Origin: a virus
Reading direction: 5' to 3' (one strand)
Length of the DNA stretch: 64,000 nucleotides
IMG/VR virus record: IMGVR_UViG_3300045988_080627
This document shows, one piece after another, positions 22,433 through 33,626 of the stretch (position 1 is the stretch's first letter; the number at the start of each line of letters is the position of its first letter). Both the position numbers and the translations under genes were made by a program. The notes under the pieces were generated by a model that saw nothing but the letters and a program-made list of their open reading frames with translations, made no database searches and was not told where the DNA came from.

Positions 22433-23443
22433 TTACTTCTTGACATAGTTACTTAATTTTTTTATATAATACTTTATAAATTTTAAAGTATTCTGTCGAC
22501 CATATTTTTTATAAAAATCACTTATATCTTTTACTTTGAATTTATGAGGTATAAAGAAATAAAGTAATTCTGGATGATTTCTTCTTATTTTAGCCATATT
22601 AAACATTCCAGGTCTATCATTATCATAAAAAGTTACTATATAAGTAAATCTTTCTTTTAAATCATTTAACATATTTTCAGATAACCATTGTGTTTCACTA
22701 TTTGGGGCACAGGCTATTATACCTAATCCTCTTAAACACATAGTATCTTTCATACTTTTAGTTATTACTAATAAATTACCTTTCTTTGGTAATTGATTAT
22801 AACCTTGAACCTTTTTAGAAGGCCAATTTGTTAGAAATCTATATTCCTTACGTTTAGGATAATAAATTCTCCACAATTCTTTACCTTTCATTGTTCCGCC
22901 ATAATATCCGAAGATAAAGTTATCTTTAGTTTTTATAGTTTGAATATTACCATTTAAAAATATAGTACGACAAGAATATACTTTATATTTATTTAGTAAT
23001 TCTAAAGAAACTCCTTGCTTACTCCACCATTTTAATTCATCTTCTGAGAAATCTTTTATTTCTACTCGTATATCTGCTGGTTCATTAGTTTTAACAAACG
23101 AAGTACTTGATTGTATTACAGAATGATAATTATTTCGTCCTTCTAATAAACCAAAATCTTTAGCTATGATGTCTAATGCTTGATGGTATTTACAAGCATA
23201 TTTAGTCATAACTACAGATATGAAGTTTCCATAAAAGCTCCCATTAAAATCATGGAATATAAGTTCTCCTTTAGAGTTACGAAAAAAGGAAGCCGTAGGA
23301 TTTTTATCTTTACGTAAAGGATTGCAAATTAATTTTTTTGAAACTTTTACGCCAAGATAATACTCCATATAGGCTTCCTCTGTGTTATATTTAAGTAAGT
23401 AGTCCTTAGTAATATCTGGTTTATAAGAAAAATCTAATTTCAT
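22433..23443 (-). CDS. DnaG-like DNA primase (zinc ribbon + TOPRIM)
   Basis: ICNPLRKDKNPTASFF...IFHDFNGSFYGN resembles the CHC2 primase zinc finger. LLVITKSMKDTMCL is TOPRIM-like. The gene neighbours the replicative helicase and SSB-like genes. Confidence 0.5.
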   Translation of the reverse strand: MKLDFSYKPDITKDYLLKYNTEEAYMEYYLGVKVSKKLICNPLRKDKNPTASFFRNSKGELIFHDFNGSFYGNFISVVMTKYACKYHQALDIIAKDFGLLEGRNNYHSVIQSSTSFVKTNEPADIRVEIKDFSEDELKWWSKQGVSLELLNKYKVYSCRTIFLNGNIQTIKTKDNFIFGYYGGTMKGKELWRIYYPKRKEYRFLTNWPSKKVQGYNQLPKKGNLLVITKSMKDTMCLRGLGIIACAPNSETQWLSENMLNDLKERFTYIVTFYDNDRPGMFNMAKIRRNHPELLYFFIPHKFKVKDISDFYKKYGRQNTLKFIKYYIKKLSNYVKK

Positions 23444-23466
23444 AAAAACTACTTACTTTATAATTA

Positions 23467-24237
23467 CTACATATCTGCCAACATAGCATCGAAGTCTTCA
23501 TCTTGAGCCTCCTTGCCTTCAGTAGAGTCAATAGACTTAGCCTCTTCTGAATCAGCAGCTGGCACAGGAGCAGTAGGCTTACGCTTCTCCATATCCTCTT
23601 TCTGCTTAATCTCATAACTAGAGAAGGATAATTTATCTTCTTCTAAGCTAGCAAAATTATCACGGATATAGAACTGTCCATTACTATTAATAGCTCCAAT
23701 ATCAGGAATCTTAGCAAATACATTGCCAGTTTCCTTCATTACTCCCTTTTCATCCTTTTTCTTTTCCTTACGACCACTAAGCTTCAAATAGAAATTTTTA
23801 TTCATACAATACTTAGTCAATACTACCTGGAAAAGCTGCATGAATTGGTCAGTACTCTTACAAGTAGGAGCTTTAGTTATAAACAACTCTTTAGCCTTAT
23901 CACCTCCTACTACTGTTATAATATGTAGCATAAAACCCTTAAGCTGCTCAAATGCTGAAGGAAGTACATATGGAAATTCTACACCCTTAGAATCTTTTCT
24001 CTTACCCTCATATCTTTTAGCAGAAGTTTCATTAGGATAAAATAATGATTCTTGGTAAGTTCCATCTGCTCCTTCAAAATGAAGTACAAGAGATTTCCAA
24101 GTTGTAGTAGGGTCTTGCTTACCTTGACCCTCCTTAACTTCTATACTTTTCAACTGAACAAGATAAATTCCATAAGGACGAAGACCTTTCTTACTTGTAG
24201 GATTAATATCACCAAGACCACCAAAATTCAAACTCAT
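23467..24237 (-). CDS. single-stranded DNA-binding protein-like (acidic C-terminal tail)
   Basis: C-terminus ...EAQDEDFDAMLADM is typical of SSB/gp32-type tails. GC3-rich codon usage and a position in the replication module support this. Confidence 0.4.
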   Translation of the reverse strand: MSLNFGGLGDINPTSKKGLRPYGIYLVQLKSIEVKEGQGKQDPTTTWKSLVLHFEGADGTYQESLFYPNETSAKRYEGKRKDSKGVEFPYVLPSAFEQLKGFMLHIITVVGGDKAKELFITKAPTCKSTDQFMQLFQVVLTKYCMNKNFYLKLSGRKEKKKDEKGVMKETGNVFAKIPDIGAINSNGQFYIRDNFASLEEDKLSFSSYEIKQKEDMEKRKPTAPVPAADSEEAKSIDSTEGKEAQDEDFDAMLADM

Positions 24238-24841
24238 ATTGCTATATTATTAAAGATTATCGAAATTAAAATCACTATCTGAAATTTCTGTATCATCTGC
24301 GTTACCGTCAATAAGACTAGCCATTTCATCATCTAATTCGTCTTCTGATGCAATATCCTCTGCTTCAGGAACTACATCTTCTTTAATCTCAGGTTCTTGA
24401 TTACCTGTTAATATAAACAATCCATCAATTTTAGGATGTGGAGTGAAAGTAAACTCATTACCATGCTCAGCAAGGTTCTGGTTATTCTTTCCTCTATATG
24501 AGACTGCATTCTTCTGAGTTAATTTATTACCTGATTGCGTACCAAATGTTTCAGCAGCTCCAATAACTAAGCACTCTTTCTTATTAAGCTTCTGTTGTTT
24601 AATATCTACTTTATCTCCTGGTTCTACACCAAGAGCTTTCACAGCAGCCTTATTAAGAATATACTTATTCTCCTCAAGAATTAATAGTGGATTAGGATTT
24701 GTATCATCTACTTCTGAATCTTTCTTTTTAGAAGAAGATTTACGAGTAGATGGTTTCTTTACAGAATCATCCTTTAATTCACGTGTATCAGTAAAAATTT
24801 CTCCAGTTTCTTCATTAAGCCACTCAGACTTAATTGTCATT

Positions 24842-25594
24842 TTAATCAGCTTCATTTAAAATATTGTCATCATTATTGGTTTTATTATCTTCATCTGCGA
24901 TTTCTTCTTCATCACCATATTCAAAGTTATGGATAGTATCTAAAACCTTTTGCATATTAGGTTCAATCAATTTATCTTTAAAACATCCATCAACACTACG
25001 ACAAGTATCATTACCATTGGTTTTTGTTCTAAAGAAATAACTAATATTGCCATCATCATCAACCTGGCGTTCAGTATATAAAATATAAGAAAATAAACCA
25101 TCAATATTTACGGTTCTATCCAACATTTTACCACTAGAATATAACTGCCAATGTTCATCGAGGTCAGTACCAGCATTAATAATATGACTAATGAATACTA
25201 CATTAAGATCTTCACGCAGTTCACTAGCTTCCATGATTAAATCATAATAATTTTTAGCAAATACAACGTGCTTATCCCAACCTTTTTCAAGTGCAGAATC
25301 CATTATATTATTTGAAAGACAATAGTTAGCATCGTCTACAACTACTGTCTTAATATCAGAACGTAATTTATCAATAATCTTCAACCACTTACCAATAGTA
25401 GTATAATCATTAGATACAAGCCAATTTCCAACTGGCTTTTTATTTACAACTTCAGCTTTTTTATATTTACGTCTAAATCCAGGAATTTGAAGTTGTTTGT
25501 TAGTACAACTAATAATAAATGTTGATTTATAATCCAAGTAACGTAAAGAAGTGCTTTTTCCGGTACCACTCAAACCTGCTAAACCAATAATCAT
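24842..25594 (-). CDS. P-loop NTPase (RecA-like/Sak4-like ATPase)
   Basis: Walker A GLSGTGKST and Walker-B-like VVVDDANY. Confidence 0.45.
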   Translation of the reverse strand: MIIGLAGLSGTGKSTSLRYLDYKSTFIISCTNKQLQIPGFRRKYKKAEVVNKKPVGNWLVSNDYTTIGKWLKIIDKLRSDIKTVVVDDANYCLSNNIMDSALEKGWDKHVVFAKNYYDLIMEASELREDLNVVFISHIINAGTDLDEHWQLYSSGKMLDRTVNIDGLFSYILYTERQVDDDGNISYFFRTKTNGNDTCRSVDGCFKDKLIEPNMQKVLDTIHNFEYGDEEEIADEDNKTNNDDNILNEAD

Positions 25595-26673
25595 AAACTA
25601 TAGTCTAATTTACTTTTTACTTTTTCATCTTTATCTTCATTCTTTATTATATTATCTGTTGAACTGTTATTTGTAGCTCGATATCTAGAATAATCAAAGA
25701 TTTCTTCTGGCTTAGGCATTTCCATCCACTTATTTACTGCTCCGTCAAAGAAACAGCAATCAGCTACCTGGTTTTCTCCATATCTTGATTTTAGTACAAG
25801 AATACTTCGAAACCTATAACCCATTTCTTTAACTTGATAACCTCTATAAGTTGTTCTTTTATCAACTTGAGGATTATATACAGCTAAAATAATTTCAGAA
25901 TTCTCTGAAACAGTGGACGTTTCCTTAATATCCTCTACCATTGGCTCCATGAAAGCTTCATTCTTTTTTCTTTCCATGTTAGCCACTGCTCTATTGGATT
26001 GCATAACAATAATTGGAGATAATCCTGTTTTATTTCTAATGATAACTAATTTATTAGTATAATCATCAATTTCTCCTTTTCTGTTCCTCCCATTAGATGG
26101 CTGAATCAATCCAACATGGTCAGTTACTGAAAGTATTACTTTTTCAGGGTCTTTCGGAATATATTTATTCTCTATAAATTCTCCTTCTTTTTTAAGCTCT
26201 TCCATTGTAACTTTTATGAGCTTATCAGAATTAAAAGAGCCTTCATATATAGTTAGTACTTTATATACTTTTTCTAGCCAATCATATCCTAGTTGTACAT
26301 ACTCATATAAATCGTCAGGTAAAATATAATCTTTACCTATAGATAATATTTGTTTAGCAGTTACAACAATATGATAAGTATCATATAAATAAGTACTTAA
26401 TAATTTAGCTATAATAAAGTCTTCTTTCATTTCAAGAGCAAAGAAAATAATTCTTAATTTATTATCTTCTAAATGCTCTTTTAAAGGAGCATATATATAG
26501 GAATATAATACACATGAACTTTTACCTTGTCCTGAACTCGCAAATAAGAGAGTCATGGTACTTTTAGTAATACCTCCTATTAATTCTTCCAATTTAGGAA
26601 GACCCATACTAAATCCTTGATTAAATCCTTGTCTACCAAGCTCTATCGAACGTTTAAAACTTTCTAAACTCAC
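25591..26673 (-). CDS. DnaB-family replicative helicase (RecA-like C-terminal domain)
   Basis: LLFASSGQGKSSCVLY Walker A in a DnaB/gp41-like context, adjacent to the primase. Confidence 0.5.
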   Translation of the reverse strand: MSLESFKRSIELGRQGFNQGFSMGLPKLEELIGGITKSTMTLLFASSGQGKSSCVLYSYIYAPLKEHLEDNKLRIIFFALEMKEDFIIAKLLSTYLYDTYHIVVTAKQILSIGKDYILPDDLYEYVQLGYDWLEKVYKVLTIYEGSFNSDKLIKVTMEELKKEGEFIENKYIPKDPEKVILSVTDHVGLIQPSNGRNRKGEIDDYTNKLVIIRNKTGLSPIIVMQSNRAVANMERKKNEAFMEPMVEDIKETSTVSENSEIILAVYNPQVDKRTTYRGYQVKEMGYRFRSILVLKSRYGENQVADCCFFDGAVNKWMEMPKPEEIFDYSRYRATNNSSTDNIIKNEDKDEKVKSKLDYSL

Positions 26674-27359
26674 AGAGTGGTGATTGAATTATAATTCATA
26701 CCTGAATCTCCATTCTTTAAAGCTTCAAGATCTTCCCATTTTTCATCTACAATAAATGTAGCTAAGCTATAATTAATAATACCATTATCAGTATTAGCTT
26801 CCCAATCTAATAAATCAATAATCTTTTTATGAAGTTCTTCATTCCAATGGATTTTCTTTCCATAAGTTCTATAAGCATCTTCAAGACTATTAAACTTTTT
26901 AGAAACACCTAGCATACTAGTTAAGCATCCATTAATATTTCTAAATCTAGGATAATGTTCTCTAAGTTCTTTTCCCATTTCAAAAGAACTCTTAGCTAAA
27001 CATTTTAGGAAGTTTTTATTAAATGGTATTTCTTCAGGAACTAGTTTCATTCCTGGAATAATTTTATAACTTTTAAGGATAAGACCTTTATCTTGTAAAG
27101 ATTTAAGTATATCTATAAAACTTCCTACATATTTTTTATCAATAGCTAAATACCTACGAAGATAATCTTCTGAATAATCTTCTATATAAGCATTTATAGC
27201 TTTAACAACAAATAATTCAGTAGGAGTAATATTATATTTTTCTAAAATTGTTATTTCTTCATCAATGTTTAAATCAAACATACAGTAATTCAGATAATTA
27301 AAAGTCTTTCATACTGTAATTAAGTTAATCTCTTCTCAGAGCGATATTAATACATAGAT

Positions 27360-28484
27360 TCAGAATCTAAAATCAAATTTAGGAACTATCTTTTCACCTG
27401 GGGTAAAGTCTTTACCTTGTAATACTTTATCCAATTCTGATTCGTCTATAGTTATAAAAGAATCTCCTTTATGAGAATCATAAAACCACTTAGTTTCTTG
27501 AGTCCTATTTAATACTATATTGAATATCTCTGCTGTTTTACCTTGTTCAAAACGAATTGATCTTCCTCTTCGCTGACAAGCTCTAGTAGTTGAACTATCT
27601 AATCCAAATATAATAGCTACAGAAAGACCTTTTACATCAAGTCCTTCATCAGCTTTTTTTACTGTAGATAATAAAGTTATTTTTCCAGAATTAAAATCTT
27701 CAATAGCTGTAGCACTTCTTTTCTTAGAAGTTCTACTAGAATATACAGTAGCATTAGGAATTTTTTCTGCCATTTTAATATTATTAGCAAAAGTTATTAT
27801 TTTTTTATCCTTTCTAGCTTCTATAATTTTCTTTACTATTTCAATTTTTTTTGGATGATTATTTATAAAAGCTTTTTTCTCATGCATAGTAGCCCAAAAT
27901 CTGATAGCATGATAATTTATACTTTGTAATACTTCAGATTTTTTGTTAGGGTCACTACACATAGAATCTCTTAAGAGTAGCTTATTTCGCCAACCCATAG
28001 GACCAGCTAATTTATTAACTAACTCCCAAGAGAATCCAAAAAATTCAAAATGAGAAATGAATTCTCTATTTATTTTTTCATATTCTTCTAAATCATCTAC
28101 ATTTATTAAAACTAGATATTCTTTATATGGGCTAACCCAACCATTTGCAAGACAAGTATTAATATCAATAGTATCAATTACTGGACAATATTGTGCTAAT
28201 ATTTTATCTCTACCATCAAGACGCTCAAAAGTAGCTGTAAGACCTAAGATAAATTGGTATTTTACTACTTCAAATAATCTTACAAAAGTCTCAGCTGCAT
28301 ATCTATGAGCTTCATCCAATACTAAAAGATCATATTTGGCAGGATGTTTTATTACAGTGTTTATTATTTGTACATCACAATTTAATCCTAATCCATTAGA
28401 ATCTATATGACTATACCATTGTTTTTGTAAAGTTTCTGTTGGTACAATTATTAGTACTCGATATTGTGGAAAGTGTTTTAACAC
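27360..28484 (-). CDS. SF2 DEAH-type helicase, C-terminal part (motifs Ia-VI)
   Basis: Motifs LIIVPTETL (Ia), VLDEAHR (II), TATF (III) and QRRGRSIR (VI) are present. Motif I is absent from this ORF. Confidence 0.65.
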   Translation of the reverse strand: MLKHFPQYRVLIIVPTETLQKQWYSHIDSNGLGLNCDVQIINTVIKHPAKYDLLVLDEAHRYAAETFVRLFEVVKYQFILGLTATFERLDGRDKILAQYCPVIDTIDINTCLANGWVSPYKEYLVLINVDDLEEYEKINREFISHFEFFGFSWELVNKLAGPMGWRNKLLLRDSMCSDPNKKSEVLQSINYHAIRFWATMHEKKAFINNHPKKIEIVKKIIEARKDKKIITFANNIKMAEKIPNATVYSSRTSKKRSATAIEDFNSGKITLLSTVKKADEGLDVKGLSVAIIFGLDSSTTRACQRRGRSIRFEQGKTAEIFNIVLNRTQETKWFYDSHKGDSFITIDESELDKVLQGKDFTPGEKIVPKFDFRF

Positions 28485-28496
28485 TGTTTTAATACA

Positions 28497-28790
28497 GTTT
28501 AGTCCTACTCTGGATTTCGGTTTTGTTATCGTATAGCTTTTTATCTATACTTCTTACTATTACTAGTAAGTCCCGCATAAATTTTTACCCACTTATTTCA
28601 GTTGGGGTATCGAACACTCGTGGAGAAATTATATTCTAATAAAAATAGTCTAGCTATTAACTAGATTATTTATTAGTTTCATTCTCTATGCTGTACGGTG
28701 TAGAAGATTCTTTAATTTCTTCTATTACCTCGGTATTACCCTCTATAGGGCTTTTACCGATTTTGCTCGATAATAATTCCGAAGATTCCT
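28497..28790 (-). other. intervening sequence interrupting the SF2 helicase P-loop (intron-like; splice sites ambiguous)
   Basis: About 290 nt lie between GFG and KT. The region contains hairpins (cttactagtaatagtaag) and shares the motif GAAGTATAGATAAAAAGCTATAYGATAACAA with the 3' end of the AAA-ATPase intervening sequence. No clean omega-G was found at the inferred 3' junction. Confidence 0.35.
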
Positions 28791-28971
28791 CTATCGGAAC
28801 GGCATTGTAATTAACAGATATATAATCCACTTTTACAGTACCAAAGCCAGTAGATGCAACTATTGTCCCAATACAACGATTTTTTATCCATTTTCTACGA
28901 CACTCTTCTTGTCGTTCATCTCTAGTGATTTTATGAAATAATTCTCCTTCAATCAGAGAGTTTGTAGCCAT
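28666..28971 (-). CDS. SF2 helicase N-terminal part (exon 1) running into an intervening sequence
   Basis: The ORF ends ...RCIGTIVASTGFG then TVKVDY. Joining ...STGFG to K-T-VLKHFPQYRVLIIVPT (start of 27360..28484, codons aaa aca gtg at about 28488..28496) restores Walker A STGFGKT. Confidence 0.45.
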   Translation of the reverse strand: MATNSLIEGELFHKITRDERQEECRRKWIKNRCIGTIVASTGFGTVKVDYISVNYNAVPIEESSELLSSKIGKSPIEGNTEVIEEIKESSTPYSIENETNK

Positions 28972-30498
28972 TGTAAGCAGCTACTGCTTTAATTTGCTTA
29001 ATACGCTTCTCCCACTCTGAAGCTTGCCATCTAACCTTATTTTCAAGATGAAGTAAAACTTTATCTCTTAAGGTTTCTAATTGTACTTTAGTCAGATCAT
29101 TATAACGCTTATCATATTTATCCTTACGGAAGGTAAGCATTGCACTAAACTCTTTTAGAGTTAAGCCTTTTCTATCATCAATTTTTAAAACGAGACCTTT
29201 TTCGTTTTCAGGATTCTTAGGGTCTTTCAGTTTAATATTTAGAAGTTCAGCAACTTGCTTAATTCTATCTACTAAACGACCATTTTCGTCTTTCTTATTT
29301 AATTCTAATAACTCAGAACGTGTAAACCACAATCCAAGCTCAGTAATGAATGTAAGAGTAATATGTTTACGAGTACATTTACCTAAAGCAGACAAACAAG
29401 CTTCTCTAACAATATACAATGGCAATGAAGCAAACATAATAAATGAATCTTCATCACTATTCATAATATCATTAAGAGTCCATTCTTTAAAGAGAGTTTC
29501 TGCAATAGCGCTAGCATTTGTCTCTCCTTCACCTCTTTCTGCATTCTCTTTAGCAAACTGTTCTGCCTGAGAAGTAATCTGTTGATTAAGCATATTAAAG
29601 AAACTAGTTCTTACAATACCTTGTCTAGTACTACCTTCACCTGGATACAATAGCCAAATTAAGAACAACTCAGCATTACAGCGAGTTCTTTGGTCTTCAA
29701 TCTGTTCCAACAAAACTCGTCGTCCAGGATTTTCATAGTTGTCACTATAAAGCATTGATTCACAATGTTTATATGCCTTACGTAATTCTTCTTCAGTCAT
29801 ATCTACCATTTTTATGGAAGACTGAACGCGTTCACCATCTACAATTTTTCTGGAACCTTTCCAGAGAAATGTTTCTACATCATTATTCTTAGCTTCTAAA
29901 GCTTGATTGAGTTTATCACCTAAAACTGTTGTCATAAATCTTAAAGATTATTTATTGTATTATTATATCATCTACGTTTTTAGGTCTTTGAGGGACAAAC
30001 TTAATAAACCAGACATTATTATATCTATATTTCTGTTGTGTGTCTCCATCGTACCATTCATCTATTCCTGCTATTACAGGCTTCACTTCGAGATAACCAA
30101 TATCCCCATAATTTATAGTAGCAGCGCTCCAATTAGGAGGTTGGGTACACATAAGATATTTAGTTTTTTCTCTAAGCTTATCCTCATTATCTAACAATTC
30201 GAATACATATATTACATAGCCTAAGCTATCATTAAATTTCTCAAGTAATTTACTATAAACAACCATTAATTGATAAATAAATTTCCGCAATAATATGGTA
30301 ATCCTTTTTCAAGGCGTAAATATTATTTATCAATTTTTAGTAATTTTAGTTATCTAGGATTATAATTTCTGCATCCATACTTAGCAAAATTACATTTAAG
30401 CATGTCCATATTTACTAAGCATTTATATCTTTTACAATTCTTACAATCTCTATCTGGAAATTTAAATTTCTTACCGTCAGTATCCTTTATGTAAGTAT

Positions 30499-30897
30499 CT
30501 AATGTATTAGAGCACATATTATAGATAATATACTTATACCTCCAAATAAATAATTCAATTTTGATAATTTTTTATTTTGTATATACAATTTATTATTTTT
30601 ATCAGATTGAATCTTTATTTGATAATCTTTATATGTTAGCGTACTATCCAATGTATTTACTAAAGATTTATAGTTATTTATTTGAATTTTTTGTAGACTA
30701 TCATTTACTAGTAAATATTTATGCTCATTAAAAATAAGATTAGTTATTTTTAATTGATACGGTGTCAATAAGAAGTTTTCTCCCGACTTCTTGAATGTAG
30801 TTTGTGAAAAACTGCAGGTCGCTATCAGGAGACTGCCTAATAATATTGTCTTTCTCTTTAACATAGATAGTTTTATTATAGTAGATAACAGTATCAC
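30499..30897 (-). CDS. secreted/lipoprotein-like protein overlapping the previous ORF out of frame (o-spanin-like arrangement?)
   Basis: Signal peptide with LLIATCSF, a lipobox-like sequence. Overlaps the 30740..31072 ORF by 158 nt in another frame. Confidence 0.25.
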   Translation of the reverse strand: MILLSTIIKLSMLKRKTILLGSLLIATCSFSQTTFKKSGENFLLTPYQLKITNLIFNEHKYLLVNDSLQKIQINNYKSLVNTLDSTLTYKDYQIKIQSDKNNKLYIQNKKLSKLNYLFGGISILSIICALIH

Positions 30898-31072
30898 ACT
30901 TATTGATATTAACTTTAATAGAATCTTTCTTACTATTTAATGAATCTATTTTTCTTTCTAAAGTATCTGTAGGCATTACAGTAGTAGGTTTAAATCCTTT
31001 ATATAAAAAGATAGTAGCTCCTATAATAGTAATTAAAACTAATATTAAAATTATTCTATCTAAGAGTTTCAT
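30740..31072 (-). CDS. membrane-anchored protein (N-terminal TM + coiled coil; i-spanin-like)
   Basis: MKLLDRIILILVLITIIGATIFLY is an N-terminal TM segment, followed by a charged helical region. Confidence 0.3.
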   Translation of the reverse strand: MKLLDRIILILVLITIIGATIFLYKGFKPTTVMPTDTLERKIDSLNSKKDSIKVNINKCDTVIYYNKTIYVKEKDNIIRQSPDSDLQFFTNYIQEVGRKLLIDTVSIKNN

Positions 31073-32527
31073 TAATTTTCTATTACTTTAAAAGCTGTTT
31101 TTTGAACTAAAGCTTTAGATTTTTCATATTTATCTTTAGCTTTAGCATATGCAACACTATACTGCTCAGGATATTGTTTTACGTGATTAACTTCATTATC
31201 AAGTATGTATTTTACAGTCTCAATATTAAGAAGTCCTGCTCTACCTAATAGTACATTAGCATTTCTATTGCTAATACTTTTACCATAAGCAATTTTCTTA
31301 CCAAGCTCATTATTGTGCTTATCTACTGGATTACAGAAAGATACTCCAAAACTAAGAATTCTGGTAAGAGTTTCAGATATAGTACATTCTTTAAGAACAG
31401 CACATACTACAAAGTAATGATCTTTGCCTTCAAAGTCTACAAAACTACCTCCTCTATAATCTACAAATTTCTGTTTAGCGTTTGTCATAATTTTTTAAAT
31501 TTAGAATTATTAATAATATAATCTAGAGGAGCTGATACTAAATCAATGGATTTTATAATTCTATATCCAATCTTTTTAGTAACTTGTACTCTCTCTTTAA
31601 GAGGTTTACTTGAAGATATAAACTTACTACCTAATAATTCCTCCCTATCTTTATAATGAGCATATGCTGTAAGTTCGTAGACGAACATCTTAGAAACTGT
31701 AATATCTCTATGATGTTCGTCTCTCCAAGTAGTTATAGGAATGGACTTAATCATTCCTCCATTAAAGTAGTATTATTAGGAGTTTCTCCCACAATATCAT
31801 ATAATCTATGAAGTTCTTTTGTATAGGAATCTAAATATTGTTGCATAGTTAAAGCCTTTTCAGGATTAGCTTTAGCTACTCTATATCTAGCAATTGATGC
31901 CATAGCTCCGGATAAGGTTAGCCCATATCCTACTAAGGTAAGTTCCTCTCTAGCCTCTCTAGTTTTAGATTTGGCATTAATAGTCTTTATAGTGTATAAA
32001 TCCCAATGAGGACAACTTTCATCATTTGTTGAAGATCTTAATTCAAAATCAGATTCTTTAATTATCATAGATTACTTTGATCCAATACCACCTGGTCTTG
32101 TTGTTGCATTTTTTACTGCTTGAGGGAGCTTATCCCACCATACTTGCTTTTGACGAAGTCTTTCAAGCTTTGCTTTATACTTCATTTTAACTAGAATTGA
32201 AAATTAAAAGAAAATTTATCATCTATATAACATTAAAATTATCTAAGTAAAATACCATAATTTAGTTGTAGACACATCTAGAATAGCCTACAAACTTCTA
32301 AATATAGAACCATGAACAATTTATCACTCTAGAAATGAAAATGTCTTAGAGAGACTCTGAGACATTACCTTCAAAGTGCTCGTCAGCATACTTACGAGCA
32401 TCTTTAACATCATCGAAATATCTACTTGGTTTTAATCTGTCACTACGTTTTACTGCAATTTTACCACCAGTAGTACGATAAATAGTGATAGTGTCTACTG
32501 TTACTTTTACAATTTCTTTAGCCATAA

Positions 32528-32743
32528 TTAATTATTTTTAAAAATTTTACTTAAAGTTTCTTTAAACTCAGGATAACCATAATACAACGCTAATAGCGTA
32601 TTTATAACTGGACATAATAATATTAATACTGATAATATATTAATAGGAATATCATTTTTAAACCATTTATCTATAATGGCAAACCCAGAGCATGCCCAAA
32701 TAAATATAACAAATATAATAAATATTATTGAAACTATTTGCAT
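32528..32743 (-). CDS. small two-TM membrane protein (holin-like)
   Basis: 71 aa with two hydrophobic helices: IVSIIFIIFVIFIWACSGFAII and ILSVLILLCPVINTLLALYY. Confidence 0.3.
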   Translation of the reverse strand: MQIVSIIFIIFVIFIWACSGFAIIDKWFKNDIPINILSVLILLCPVINTLLALYYGYPEFKETLSKIFKNN

Positions 32744-33156
32744 TACTCTAATAATTCTAAACTAGCATTGCTAGCTAATTCATCAGCTAAGTTATTACCA
32801 AAACAATCTTGATGCCCTCTAACATGAGTAAACTTAATATTTTTTATTAAAGATTTAATTCTTTCATATTCCTTATCTAAAATATTCCAGAGTTCTACAT
32901 TCTTCTTTTTCTTCCACCCTTTAGTAAGACATCCTAATACATATTGACTATCACTTATAAATTCTATTTCATCCATTGGAGTTTTAATAGATTTAAAAGC
33001 ACATAGCATAGCAATTAATTCCATTTTATTATTAGTAGTATGTTTAAAGCCTTTAGAGTACTTTTTAAATACTTCATTATTCTTTATCCATACTATTCCA
33101 ATACCTCCTTGGTCAATAGAAGATTTATAAGCACCGTCAGTATAAATCTGTAACAT
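32743..33156 (-). CDS. rnhA: ribonuclease H
   Basis: IYTDGAY...NNKMELIAMLCAF...ISDSQYV...VRGHQDCFGNNLADELA is the RNase HI catalytic signature. Confidence 0.8.
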   Translation of the reverse strand: MLQIYTDGAYKSSIDQGGIGIVWIKNNEVFKKYSKGFKHTTNNKMELIAMLCAFKSIKTPMDEIEFISDSQYVLGCLTKGWKKKKNVELWNILDKEYERIKSLIKNIKFTHVRGHQDCFGNNLADELASNASLELLE

Positions 33157-33626
33157 AGTTATAAAGATATGTAATCTGCATATTCAAATACTATTCCATT
33201 CTTTTCAGGATCAAAATACGTTGTAGACATACAAAAAGTATCAAAATTATGAGATTTTCTATAGCTATTTAATAAATCTCTAACGTATTTTTCAGTATCA
33301 CTTATCGTGGAAATATAGCAATGTCCCTCACCTTTAATAACAATTTGTATATCCGAAGCATCATCTAAATCTCCAGTACTAGAACTAATTTCCCAAGTTC
33401 TATTATCTGTAAATAATGCTTCTAACTCTAAATTAATATCATGAACTAAGTCAGAATCTAATTCATTCTTATTTATAATGATCATTTTTATTCCAAAGTA
33501 TTAAATAACAACGTTCGCCTTCAAAGTTTGAGTACCATAATATATACTGGGTATCTGTAATATCTAATCTTGGGTCAATTATAATTATTACCAAAATAAT
33601 AGCTATAATAAGTCCTGCAATATACA

